A model generated the notes under the pieces. That model was not told the origin of the DNA and searched no databases. It saw only the letters and a program-made list of their open reading frames with translations. From IMG/VR virus record IMGVR_UViG_2695420539_000016: DNA of 37,459 nt. One strand, given 5' to 3'. Source of the DNA: a virus (taxonomy: Duplodnaviria > Heunggongvirae > Uroviricota > Caudoviricetes). This document shows, piece by piece, positions 1 through 8,685 of the stretch; the stretch's first letter is position 1, and the number at the start of each line of letters is the position of its first letter. The position numbers and the translations under genes are program-made.

Positions 1-405
1 ATGGATCAGGTCGTTGTTTTTCAAAAGATGTTTGAGCAAGTGAGAAAAGAGCAAAACTTCTCCTGGTTTTATTCAGAATTAAAACATCACCGTATTGCAC
101 ATTACATTTATTATCTGGCTACGGATAACATCAGAATTATTACTCACGATGACACGGTTTTGTTATTAAGAGGAACCAGGAACCTGTTAAAAGTTAGTAC
201 GACCAAGAACCCTGCTAAAATAAAAGAGGCCGCATTGCTTCATATTTGCGGAAAATCTACATTTCGGGAATACTGTTCAACACTAGCAGGCGCGGGCGTT
301 TTCCGGTGGGTTACTGATGTTAATCATAACAAACGCAGTTACTACGCCATTGATAATACGCTTTTATATATTGAAGATGTAGAAAATAATAAACCATTAA
401 TCTAG
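1..405 (+). CDS. ycgX: YcgX-like small protein (chromosomal, left-arm copy)
   Basis: 134-aa ORF immediately beyond iraM in the order icdC-iraM-ycgX-bluR that I recall for E. coli K-12; assignment rests on synteny and length, sequence not verified. Confidence 0.5.
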   Translation: MDQVVVFQKMFEQVRKEQNFSWFYSELKHHRIAHYIYYLATDNIRIITHDDTVLLLRGTRNLLKVSTTKNPAKIKEAALLHICGKSTFREYCSTLAGAGVFRWVTDVNHNKRSYYAIDNTLLYIEDVENNKPLI

Positions 406-613
406 CTAAAGTTGGATGCTTAAGAAATGCTTCATAATTCAGTAAGGCATTAGCATAATGGGAATAAAAGTACAGAGACTATCCCTATGGATGATAAATA
501 CTGTCCTTTTATTGCTACCCATAAATAATCACCATGCCAATACTATCAAATTGATATTTGAAATGTGATCACTTGACTTTCTATACGTTATTTTATAACG
601 GTTAATATATTTA

Positions 614-643
614 TAAAAACAACGGGTGTGCCATACGCCCGTT
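614..643 (-). terminator. icd-terminator-like hairpin (second, diverged copy)
   Basis: Stem AACGGG(T)G / CGCCCGTT, A-run upstream on + strand (T-run on - strand); about 55 bp resemble the icd 3' UTR/terminator. Confidence 0.3.
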
Positions 644-1100
644 TCAATACTTAACGCACATGTGTTTTGGTTTAGTCATCATCCAGTTATATGTATTTTA
701 GCCAGGAACAGGTTAAACCTTTCCTATATAACTCAAAAATTGAAACCTTATTCTCATGTCATGCTTATATTCATTATTATCGTTATATAAAAAGGCAACC
801 ATAATGTTTAGCAAATTGGCACAAAGTAGCATAAAGGCTATGTTTTAATTACAGGATGTTCAGTCATTTGAATGTATAACATTATAGCTAAACAAATCTA
901 AAACGAAGTGAATAATTTATTGTTTTCACTAAATCTCATTTTGTTTAACATCCATTGAGATTCCTTGCTTTAAATTTTGTTTTATATAAGCAATCGTTTT
1001 AATTAATTTATTTTTTGAAGGGGTAATATACTCATATGCAAAATAAAGAAATGAACATCCAAATGAACTATATTAAATACCGTGGGATAAGACATAACAA

Positions 1101-1424
1101 ATGAAGTGGATAGTAATTGACACGATAATTCAACCTTCATGCGGCATATCTTTTTCAGCCATATGGGGTAATATGAAAATGATCATCTGGTATCAATCTA
1201 CTATATTTCTCCCTCCTGGCAGTATATTTACACCGGTTAAATCTGGAATTATCCTTAAAGATAAAGAATATCCTATTACTATTTATAACATCGCACCATT
1301 CAACAAGGATTTATGGAGTCTACTCAAAAGCAGTCAAGAGTGTCCTCCAGGAGAAAGCAAAATAACAAATAAATGTTTGCATAATAGTTGCATTATAAAA
1401 ATATGCCCATATGGGCTCAAGTAA
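1101..1424 (+). CDS. iraM: Anti-adaptor protein IraM (RssB inhibitor), left-arm copy
   Basis: 107-aa [35 protein letters not shown]... matches my recollection of E. coli IraM (YcgW) nearly residue for residue; AT-rich context. Confidence 0.65.
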   Translation: MKWIVIDTIIQPSCGISFSAIWGNMKMIIWYQSTIFLPPGSIFTPVKSGIILKDKEYPITIYNIAPFNKDLWSLLKSSQECPPGESKITNKCLHNSCIIKICPYGLK

Positions 1425-1471
1425 AGGGTTTTATATAAATATGCTCGATATGCTATTAATAATACCTACAT

Positions 1472-1504
1472 AAATAAAACAACGGGCGTGTTATACGCCC
1501 GTTG
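1472..1504 (-). terminator. icd rho-independent terminator (left-arm copy)
   Basis: GC-rich stem CAACGGGCG / CGCCCGTTG followed by T-run, directly after the icd-fragment stop. Confidence 0.5.
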
Positions 1505-1526
1505 CAATATTAAACACATGTAGTGA

Positions 1527-1691
1527 TTACATGTTCTTGATGATCGCATCACCAAATTCTGAACATTTCAGCAGTTTAGCGCCTTCCATCAGACGTTCGA
1601 AGTCATAGGTTACAGTCTTGGCGTTGATTGCGCCTTCCATACCTTTAACAATCAGGTCTGCGGCTTCAGTCCAGCCCATATGGCGTAACAT
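1527..1691 (-). pseudogene. icdC: icd 3' fragment (icdC), prophage attR relic, left-arm copy
   Basis: Translates [54 protein letters not shown], the C-terminus of isocitrate dehydrogenase; no upstream icd sequence, AT-rich phage-side DNA abuts it. Confidence 0.75.
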
Positions 1692-2227
1692 TAGATTTAG
1701 AAAATTATTATATCCAATTGAATTAAAACAATTTTATACTTAACGAACATCTAAACTTGTTTTTTTACCTTCACCATAACTCGCTGATTTTGTATAGTTT
1801 ACGTAGCGTTTTGATAACCACTTTATGGCAAAATGGAGGTTCGCTTGAAAACTTCTGTTCTTATCCAGAAATTAATGGAAATTGACAAAACTGTACTATT
1901 CGATGCGGACGTAGTGACCGGTGAGGAATGGTGGCCAACCCCGATTTCTCGTGTTTATCACAATCCGCCACATACTTATGTAGAATTTTAAACAGGTGAA
2001 CAATCTCAAAATGAATCTGACGAGCTAAGTGTTTATAGCGAATTACAAATTTGTGCACATCGAATGATGCAAATTAGAGATTTTGTGCAATCTAACGAGG
2101 GACTGAAACCTGAAAAAATTGTTTCGGAAATAAACATTCAAATTGAACGTATTAAAAAGTGATGGCTGAAGCAATTCTGAAACACTAATTCATATTCTAT
2201 GTTCTTCATACCAATGTGGATTTAACT

Positions 2228-2253
2228 CCCACCCACCCACCAACCCACCAACC
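2228..2253 (-). repeat. G-quadruplex-type G-tract cluster (C-rich on + strand), about 260 bp upstream of the GmrSD-like gene
   Basis: cccacccacccaccaacccaccaacc on + strand, i.e. GGG-N-GGG-N-GGG-N-GGG on - strand, isolated in AT-rich DNA. Confidence 0.35.
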
Positions 2254-2472
2254 ATGATTGGGCGGCGCAAGAAACTAATATCAATTAAAACAGCAAGTTA
2301 TCAGTCTAAACAGAACACCAACGGGATGGAGGAGAGACAAAAAATATCCAATGAAACCGTAGCGCGTCAGCATTCAAAAGCGGGGTTTCTTATTTTTACT
2401 TCACCAGTAACAAATACACTGTATCATAACTACATAAAAATGATTGTTCTGACTCAGATGAATTTCTTACTC

Positions 2473-2501
2473 TTGTGGAATGTCACTTAATGTTATTTAT
2501 A
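2473..2501 (+). promoter_or_regulatory. Candidate sigma70 promoter of the GmrSD-like gene (mirrored at 8412..8440 on - strand)
   Basis: TTGTGG, 17-bp spacer, TTTATA, then AGGT Shine-Dalgarno and ATG at 2510; read by eye. Confidence 0.25.
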
Positions 2502-2509
2502 GGTAAACA

Positions 2510-4399
2510 ATGAAATCCGAAACGCTAACCATCCAGCAAATTTTCCAAAATCAACGACAATATCGTGTTCCATTCTATCAACGTGCCTACGTATGGACGC
2601 AACGAAACCAATGGTCAGCTTTGTTGGAGGATATCTTCGAAAAAGCACAGAGCCGACTTTCGGGAACAAAACCAACCCCTCATTTCCTCGGCGCGGTGGT
2701 GCTGGAACCTCAACTCAAAAACAGCTTGTTAGGTGTAGATACCATACATATTATTGACGGCCAGCAACGTTTAACCACTCTTCAATATATTCTGGCATCC
2801 ATTCGATTATCATTGCGTGCTACAGGCCTTTCTGAACTGGAAGGGTTAGTATTGACTTGCTTGAAAAATACAAACGAAGCAACGATGAGAAATAAAAAGG
2901 TAGAATGCTTCAAACTGTGGCCAACTTTTCGAGATCAAACTCATTTTATTCAAAGTCTTAATGTTGATAATATTGACGATCTCCGTAATGTATTTTCTGA
3001 TAGCTTCACGCAACATGGTACGTTACGTAAACATTTCAACCACCCGCCGTCACTAGAGGCATTATGGTTTTTTACTGAAGCCTTTATAAAATGGATTAAA
3101 ATAGAAAACCACTCACCACAAGAAAATGCTGTAGCACTAATTGAGGCTGTCTTGACGGATCTGAAACTGGTAAGCATATTTCTCGAAGCTGAAGATGATG
3201 CCCAAATAATTTTTGAAACATTAAATGGGCGAGGAGCGGAACTTCATGCAACGGATCTTATTCGCAACTATATCTTTATGTGCGCTGAGCATGAAAATAT
3301 TAATGCTATTGAATTATATGAAAATGAGTGGAAGATCTTTGAAGATAAATACTGGTCGGAAAAGCAACGCCGTGGACGTATTAATAAACCACGCATGGAG
3401 TGGCTTGTACATGCGACATTGCAATCAGAAAGGCAGCGTGAAATTGATCTGTCTCGCCTTTACAATGAGTATCGTGATTATGTAAGTAAGGACTTGCCTT
3501 CACAACGAGCAGATCTGCAAGTAAAGCGCCTCAAACAATATGCATCACAATATAAAGAATTGGTTGGTGGTTTTGGCACAACCCCCATCTCACACTTTGG
3601 ACATCGCATCGCAGCCTATGATGTGACGACACTCTATCCGCTTGCTTTGTTCATTTCGATAGCTAACATCGCCGATGATGAGAAAGCAGCCATGTATAAT
3701 GATCTTGTCTCCTACGTAGTACGAAGATCCGTATGTGGCCTGACGCCAAAGAATTACAACAATGTATTTATGAATGTATTGCGACACTTGTCTAAAACGG
3801 AAATTTCCAGTGTTGAGTTACGTAATATCCTCAATAGCTTAAATGGCGAAGCCTCACGTTGGCCTGGGGACTCAGAATTTCTCAACGCTTGCATCAATGC
3901 TCCACTTTATCCTGGCAGGCTCGACGCACCGAAAATGCGCTCAATGTTAACGGAACTTGAAAGAGAACTTTGTCGCCAAGTGAAGACAGAAAAGCCTGAT
4001 GTTCCAAATCTTTCTAATCTCGATATCGATCATCTTATGCCTCAAAGTTGGTATTCCTGTTGGCCTCTCGAAAATGGTCATATGGTGACAAATTCAGATG
4101 CTACGGTAATGAACCAAATTGTTCTGTCTGGAACCGATCTTACCCCTGAACAGCTACTGGTAAGGAAACGGCAACAAGCGATAGCTACGTTGGGAAATCT
4201 AACTTTGCTTAACCTTAGCGTAAACCGTTCCGTTCAGAATGCTGTATTTCTGAAAAAACGTGATGCTCTCATCGTCCACACCAATCTACGACTGAACATA
4301 CCACTTATACTTAAGGATAAATGGGATGAGAGTGAAATACAGGAGCGAGGTAAAAAGTTGGGGGAAATTGCATTGAAAGTATGGCCAAAATACGATTAA
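2510..4399 (+). CDS. DUF262/DUF1524 protein, GmrSD/BrxU-type candidate type IV (modification-dependent) restriction endonuclease, left-arm copy
   Basis: 629 aa; N-terminal ParB-like DUF262 motifs YRVPFYQRAYVW and IIDGQQRLTTL; C-terminal DUF1524/HNH-like motifs DIDHLMPQ and GNLTLLNLSVNRSVQN. Confidence 0.8.
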   Translation: MKSETLTIQQIFQNQRQYRVPFYQRAYVWTQRNQWSALLEDIFEKAQSRLSGTKPTPHFLGAVVLEPQLKNSLLGVDTIHIIDGQQRLTTLQYILASIRLSLRATGLSELEGLVLTCLKNTNEATMRNKKVECFKLWPTFRDQTHFIQSLNVDNIDDLRNVFSDSFTQHGTLRKHFNHPPSLEALWFFTEAFIKWIKIENHSPQENAVALIEAVLTDLKLVSIFLEAEDDAQIIFETLNGRGAELHATDLIRNYIFMCAEHENINAIELYENEWKIFEDKYWSEKQRRGRINKPRMEWLVHATLQSERQREIDLSRLYNEYRDYVSKDLPSQRADLQVKRLKQYASQYKELVGGFGTTPISHFGHRIAAYDVTTLYPLALFISIANIADDEKAAMYNDLVSYVVRRSVCGLTPKNYNNVFMNVLRHLSKTEISSVELRNILNSLNGEASRWPGDSEFLNACINAPLYPGRLDAPKMRSMLTELERELCRQVKTEKPDVPNLSNLDIDHLMPQSWYSCWPLENGHMVTNSDATVMNQIVLSGTDLTPEQLLVRKRQQAIATLGNLTLLNLSVNRSVQNAVFLKKRDALIVHTNLRLNIPLILKDKWDESEIQERGKKLGEIALKVWPKYD

Positions 4400-4421
4400 T
4401 GCAATTAATAAAATGATTATA

Positions 4422-4445
4422 GCGGCCTTACATTAGTAAGGCCGC
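4422..4445. terminator. Hairpin between convergent pin stub and GmrSD-like gene (possible bidirectional terminator)
   Basis: Mirror of 6468..6491: 9-bp stem GCGGCCTTA / TAAGGCCGC, 6-nt loop. Confidence 0.35.
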
Positions 4446-4624
4446 AACTCACTATTAAATCCTTTAATTTGCATCAAGAACAGCACTGTCAGCCCTAGGC
4501 TCTCGGACTTTGTACCGCTTATCTTGTCTTCAAAAATCAGCTCGCATCCTGCACAGTTCAACGCATTACGTTGTAGATCGATTTTCTGGTCATTTGTTGA
4601 TACGCAAACATAGCCAATAAGCAT
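4433..4624 (-). pseudogene. Truncated Hin/Gin/Pin-family serine invertase (pin 5' stub, about 45 native codons)
   Basis: MLIGYVCVSTNDQKIDLQRNALNCAGCELIFEDKISGT... matches Pin/Gin N-terminus, then diverges into 18 unrelated codons and stops; conserved Arg before the catalytic Ser is Cys. Confidence 0.75.
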
Positions 4625-4650
4625 GGTAGCTCCCTCTGACAAAAGCAGGA

Positions 4651-5058
4651 ATGATGCCATTTTCTCGTTATTTCTGCATTTTCATAAACGTTGGTTTGGG
4701 AGAAGCGGCAAAACGGAATGTAGGTAACGGGCAAAACCAAATTCCGGATATGGCGGCGTTTGCCAGTTCACTTTCATCAACGGGTTTTCAAAAACTCCCT
4801 TCAGGTCTGATTATTCAGTGGGGTATTGTCAGTGGAGCATCAAACTATACGGTGACTTACCCGGTAACATTCCCAAATCGTTCACTTGCGCTGTTGGCTG
4901 TGCCACATACAACGTCGTTGGCTGGTATATCTGCAATGGGCATTGCGAACTGTTCTGATATCACCAAATCACAGTTCTATATAATTGTTGGCGGTATATC
5001 TCAGGGAGAAATTGTCAAATATGAAAGGTCCTGTTTTTGGGTAGCAATCGGTGTATAG
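4651..5058 (+). CDS. Tail-fibre variable C-terminal exon A, here orphaned (first codons come from the flank, not from a fibre constant region)
   Basis: Residues after GLGE are identical to the C-terminal part of the 218-aa fibre at 34814..35470; the leader MMPFSRYFCIFINV is antisense of the pin stub region. Confidence 0.5.
   Translation: MMPFSRYFCIFINVGLGEAAKRNVGNGQNQIPDMAAFASSLSSTGFQKLPSGLIIQWGIVSGASNYTVTYPVTFPNRSLALLAVPHTTSLAGISAMGIANCSDITKSQFYIIVGGISQGEIVKYERSCFWVAIGV
4679..4704. other. Hybrid crossover site: outer half-site is the inverted outer half of ixR, inner half-site is that of ixL
   Basis: TTTTCATAAACG-TT-GGTTTGGGAGAA; compare normal ixL at 35091..35116 (CTCTTCAAAACC-TT-GGTTTGGGAGAA) and ixR at 6209..6234. 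Confidence 0.55.
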
Positions 5059-5066
5059 GTATATCT

Positions 5067-5462
5067 ATGATTTATTTCTCAAAATCGACTAATGGTTTTT
5101 TCTTTGATGGTATAAACAGCGACATGCCTGCTGACATTGTTGAGATAAGTACAGACTTATACAATGAATTAATTGCCGGACAGCAGGAAGGGGGTAAATT
5201 AATCACGTCAGATGAAAATGGTTTACCGGTACTGAAATCTCCGGCGATTGATTATGTCGCACGTGCTGAAAATCAGCGAATGCAGTTACTTGCTCATGCC
5301 GATAATGTCACAGCTGACTGGCGAGTGGAATTAATGCTTGGTGATATCAGCAGTACAGATAAAGAAAAACTATCCGCCTGGATGGACTACAAAAAAGAAG
5401 TAAAAGCCGTCGACACTTCGACGGCTCCTGAGATTAGCTGGCCTGAGTTACCGGAGGTGTAG
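5067..5462 (+). CDS. Tail fibre assembly protein (Tfa), partner of exon A
   Basis: C-terminal motif VDTSTAPEISWPELPEV typical of lambda Tfa / Mu U family; weak RBS before ATG at 5067. Confidence 0.75.
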   Translation: MIYFSKSTNGFFFDGINSDMPADIVEISTDLYNELIAGQQEGGKLITSDENGLPVLKSPAIDYVARAENQRMQLLAHADNVTADWRVELMLGDISSTDKEKLSAWMDYKKEVKAVDTSTAPEISWPELPEV

Positions 5463-5871
5463 GCCATTCAATATCTGGAGCACTGGAGGTATCCACCAGT
5501 TCCAGTGCGTCCAGGTAATCCAGCCACAAATTATATAGTGCCAGTTCCTCGTCTTTCAGACGACCAATAGCGGCTTTACCGGGCCATTGTTTACTGTTCA
5601 TGTATTCGTTGGCCTGATTAAGCAATAATTGCCTTTCTGATTCTGCCTGTTGAATAAGTTCTTCATGCGATGGTGGAGGTATTAGTGCCCATGTGGGTAA
5701 TCCATTTTTTCCTGCAACACGAATTTTGTCATATGGGGGCGTATTGATTGCAAATTCATTATAAACATCATCACTGACAGCCAGAGCATCATCTGGCCAT
5801 GAATTTGCATTAATGTAATCATCCTTAAGCGCAGGATTCACAAAAATGTTTAATGATGGACTATAAAACAT
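5434..5871 (-). CDS. Tail fibre assembly protein (Tfa'), partner of exon B
   Basis: 145 aa ending ...LVDTSSAPDIEWPTPPVTQAS; convergent with the other tfa and overlapping its 3' end. Confidence 0.75.
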   Translation of the reverse strand: MFYSPSLNIFVNPALKDDYINANSWPDDALAVSDDVYNEFAINTPPYDKIRVAGKNGLPTWALIPPPSHEELIQQAESERQLLLNQANEYMNSKQWPGKAAIGRLKDEELALYNLWLDYLDALELVDTSSAPDIEWPTPPVTQAS

Positions 5872-5872
5872 A

Positions 5873-6262
5873 TTAACCCCCTATAGCGATATAACGACCT
5901 AATACAGCATTTGCAGCAGTCGCTATGCTTGAAAAACCGCGGAACTGATTTGATGTAATTGCAGAAGCCGACAGGATTCCTGCGCCTGAAGGTGTATGCC
6001 CCACATGACTAACTATCATTCCATAACATGCTGACGGAAAGGCAAAAGGAAAATCATTAAGATATCCGGCATCTTCACCACCAGACCCACCAAATCTCGC
6101 CTGCCCCCACTGAATAATCAGTGTTCTCCGGGAACCTGAAATAATTAACGGAATCGTTACATACCCATTCAGACCAATGACACCCGATGCAGTGCCAGCC
6201 AGAGATAATTCTCCCAAACCAACGTTTATGAAAATGCAGAAATAACGAGAAAATGGCATCAT
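5873..6262 (-). CDS. Tail-fibre variable C-terminal exon B (alternative receptor-binding domain) with the same 18-codon flank-derived leader
   Basis: Shares MMPFSRYFCIFINVGLGE with the exon A ORF, then a different Gly/Ser-rich C-terminal domain. Confidence 0.5.
   Translation of the reverse strand: MMPFSRYFCIFINVGLGELSLAGTASGVIGLNGYVTIPLIISGSRRTLIIQWGQARFGGSGGEDAGYLNDFPFAFPSACYGMIVSHVGHTPSGAGILSASAITSNQFRGFSSIATAANAVLGRYIAIGG
6209..6234. other. Crossover site ixR of the invertible segment, copy 1
   Basis: TTCTCCCAAACC-AA-CGTTTATGAAAA; inner half is the exact inverted repeat of the ixL inner half. Confidence 0.55.
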
Positions 6263-6288
6263 TCCTGCTTTTGTCAGAGGGAGCTACC

Positions 6289-6480
6289 ATGCTTATTGGC
6301 TATGTTTGCGTATCAACAAATGACCAGAAAATCGATCTACAACGTAATGCGTTGAACTGTGCAGGATGCGAGCTGATTTTTGAAGACAAGATAAGCGGTA
6401 CAAAGTCCGAGAGCCTAGGGCTGACAGTGCTGTTCTTGATGCAAATTAAAGGATTTAATAGTGAGTTGCGGCCTTACTAA
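6289..6480 (+). pseudogene. Truncated pin-type invertase stub (right-arm copy)
   Basis: Same as 4433..4624; GGGAG RBS then ATG; stop codon lies in the loop of the downstream hairpin. Confidence 0.75.
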
Positions 6481-6491
6481 TGTAAGGCCGC
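6468..6491. terminator. Hairpin between pin stub and GmrSD-like gene
   Basis: GCGGCCTTA-CTAATG-TAAGGCCGC, followed by TATAATCATTTTATT. Confidence 0.35.
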
Positions 6492-6513
6492 TATAATCAT
6501 TTTATTAATTGCA

Positions 6514-8403
6514 TTAATCGTATTTTGGCCATACTTTCAATGCAATTTCCCCCAACTTTTTACCTCGCTCCTGTATTTCACTCTCATCCCATTTATCCTT
6601 AAGTATAAGTGGTATGTTCAGTCGTAGATTGGTGTGGACGATGAGAGCATCACGTTTTTTCAGAAATACAGCATTCTGAACGGAACGGTTTACGCTAAGG
6701 TTAAGCAAAGTTAGATTTCCCAACGTAGCTATCGCTTGTTGCCGTTTCCTTACCAGTAGCTGTTCAGGGGTAAGATCGGTTCCAGACAGAACAATTTGGT
6801 TCATTACCGTAGCATCTGAATTTGTCACCATATGACCATTTTCGAGAGGCCAACAGGAATACCAACTTTGAGGCATAAGATGATCGATATCGAGATTAGA
6901 AAGATTTGGAACATCAGGCTTTTCTGTCTTCACTTGGCGACAAAGTTCTCTTTCAAGTTCCGTTAACATTGAGCGCATTTTCGGTGCGTCGAGCCTGCCA
7001 GGATAAAGTGGAGCATTGATGCAAGCGTTGAGAAATTCTGAGTCCCCAGGCCAACGTGAGGCTTCGCCATTTAAGCTATTGAGGATATTACGTAACTCAA
7101 CACTGGAAATTTCCGTTTTAGACAAGTGTCGCAATACATTCATAAATACATTGTTGTAATTCTTTGGCGTCAGGCCACATACGGATCTTCGTACTACGTA
7201 GGAGACAAGATCATTATACATGGCTGCTTTCTCATCATCGGCGATGTTAGCTATCGAAATGAACAAAGCAAGCGGATAGAGTGTCGTCACATCATAGGCT
7301 GCGATGCGATGTCCAAAGTGTGAGATGGGGGTTGTGCCAAAACCACCAACCAATTCTTTATATTGTGATGCATATTGTTTGAGGCGCTTTACTTGCAGAT
7401 CTGCTCGTTGTGAAGGCAAGTCCTTACTTACATAATCACGATACTCATTGTAAAGGCGAGACAGATCAATTTCACGCTGCCTTTCTGATTGCAATGTCGC
7501 ATGTACAAGCCACTCCATGCGTGGTTTATTAATACGTCCACGGCGTTGCTTTTCCGACCAGTATTTATCTTCAAAGATCTTCCACTCATTTTCATATAAT
7601 TCAATAGCATTAATATTTTCATGCTCAGCGCACATAAAGATATAGTTGCGAATAAGATCCGTTGCATGAAGTTCCGCTCCTCGCCCATTTAATGTTTCAA
7701 AAATTATTTGGGCATCATCTTCAGCTTCGAGAAATATGCTTACCAGTTTCAGATCCGTCAAGACAGCCTCAATTAGTGCTACAGCATTTTCTTGTGGTGA
7801 GTGGTTTTCTATTTTAATCCATTTTATAAAGGCTTCAGTAAAAAACCATAATGCCTCTAGTGACGGCGGGTGGTTGAAATGTTTACGTAACGTACCATGT
7901 TGCGTGAAGCTATCAGAAAATACATTACGGAGATCGTCAATATTATCAACATTAAGACTTTGAATAAAATGAGTTTGATCTCGAAAAGTTGGCCACAGTT
8001 TGAAGCATTCTACCTTTTTATTTCTCATCGTTGCTTCGTTTGTATTTTTCAAGCAAGTCAATACTAACCCTTCCAGTTCAGAAAGGCCTGTAGCACGCAA
8101 TGATAATCGAATGGATGCCAGAATATATTGAAGAGTGGTTAAACGTTGCTGGCCGTCAATAATATGTATGGTATCTACACCTAACAAGCTGTTTTTGAGT
8201 TGAGGTTCCAGCACCACCGCGCCGAGGAAATGAGGGGTTGGTTTTGTTCCCGAAAGTCGGCTCTGTGCTTTTTCGAAGATATCCTCCAACAAAGCTGACC
8301 ATTGGTTTCGTTGCGTCCATACGTAGGCACGTTGATAGAATGGAACACGATATTGTCGTTGATTTTGGAAAATTTGCTGGATGGTTAGCGTTTCGGATTT
8401 CAT
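6514..8403 (-). CDS. DUF262/DUF1524 GmrSD/BrxU-type candidate type IV restriction endonuclease (right-arm copy)
   Basis: Identical 629-aa translation to 2510..4399. Confidence 0.8.
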   Translation of the reverse strand: MKSETLTIQQIFQNQRQYRVPFYQRAYVWTQRNQWSALLEDIFEKAQSRLSGTKPTPHFLGAVVLEPQLKNSLLGVDTIHIIDGQQRLTTLQYILASIRLSLRATGLSELEGLVLTCLKNTNEATMRNKKVECFKLWPTFRDQTHFIQSLNVDNIDDLRNVFSDSFTQHGTLRKHFNHPPSLEALWFFTEAFIKWIKIENHSPQENAVALIEAVLTDLKLVSIFLEAEDDAQIIFETLNGRGAELHATDLIRNYIFMCAEHENINAIELYENEWKIFEDKYWSEKQRRGRINKPRMEWLVHATLQSERQREIDLSRLYNEYRDYVSKDLPSQRADLQVKRLKQYASQYKELVGGFGTTPISHFGHRIAAYDVTTLYPLALFISIANIADDEKAAMYNDLVSYVVRRSVCGLTPKNYNNVFMNVLRHLSKTEISSVELRNILNSLNGEASRWPGDSEFLNACINAPLYPGRLDAPKMRSMLTELERELCRQVKTEKPDVPNLSNLDIDHLMPQSWYSCWPLENGHMVTNSDATVMNQIVLSGTDLTPEQLLVRKRQQAIATLGNLTLLNLSVNRSVQNAVFLKKRDALIVHTNLRLNIPLILKDKWDESEIQERGKKLGEIALKVWPKYD

Positions 8404-8659
8404 TGTTTACCTATAAATAACATTAAGTGACATTCCACAAGAGTAAGAAATTCATCTGAGTCAGAACAATCATTTTTATGTAGTTATGATACAGTGTATT
8501 TGTTACTGGTGAAGTAAAAATAAGAAACCCCGCTTTTGAATGCTGACGCGCTACGGTTTCATTGGATATTTTTTGTCTCTCCTCCATCCCGTTGGTGTTC
8601 TGTTTAGACTGATAACTTGCTGTTTTAATTGATATTAGTTTCTTGCGCCGCCCAATCAT

Positions 8660-8685
8660 GGTTGGTGGGTTGGTGGGTGGGTGGG
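8660..8685 (+). repeat. G-quadruplex-type motif upstream of the GmrSD-like gene
   Basis: ggttggtgggttggtgggtgggtggg. Confidence 0.35.

Larger units (their letters stand above)
1..4690. repeat. Left arm of large inverted repeat (reverse complement of 6223..10912); runs off the window start so true extent is unknown
   Basis: Every ORF in 1..4690 recurs with identical translation on the opposite strand at mirrored coordinate 10913-x; spot-checked intergenic hairpins also mirror exactly. Confidence 0.85.
4691..6222. other. Invertible tail-fibre segment (Mu G / e14 P-segment type), copy 1
   Basis: Bounded by 26-bp inverted crossover sites with AAACC/GGTTT half-site cores; contains two alternative fibre C-terminal exons and two convergent tfa genes. 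Confidence 0.7.

Noticed and set aside
1861-2200. Short fragmented ORFs in the AT-rich spacer between icdC and the defence gene
   Set aside because: Multiple short frames interrupted by stops with no recognisable motifs; possibly decayed gene remnants but not supportable as genes
2254-2490. 78-aa ORF immediately upstream of the GmrSD-like gene (mirrored at 8423..8659)
   Set aside because: Starts inside the G-tract, is AT-rich low-complexity and has no RBS; more likely promoter/5' UTR DNA of the defence gene than a second component
4651-4692. MMPFSRYFCIFINV leader as a genuine tail-fibre N-terminus
   Set aside because: It is the antisense of the pin stub 5' region and is shared by both alternative exons only because of the palindromic flanks; the real constant region is the 97-codon segment at 34814..35104
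8660-8685. Possible CRISPR array or other regularly spaced repeat array
   Set aside because: Only a single short G-tract cluster; no spacer-repeat periodicity here or anywhere in the window
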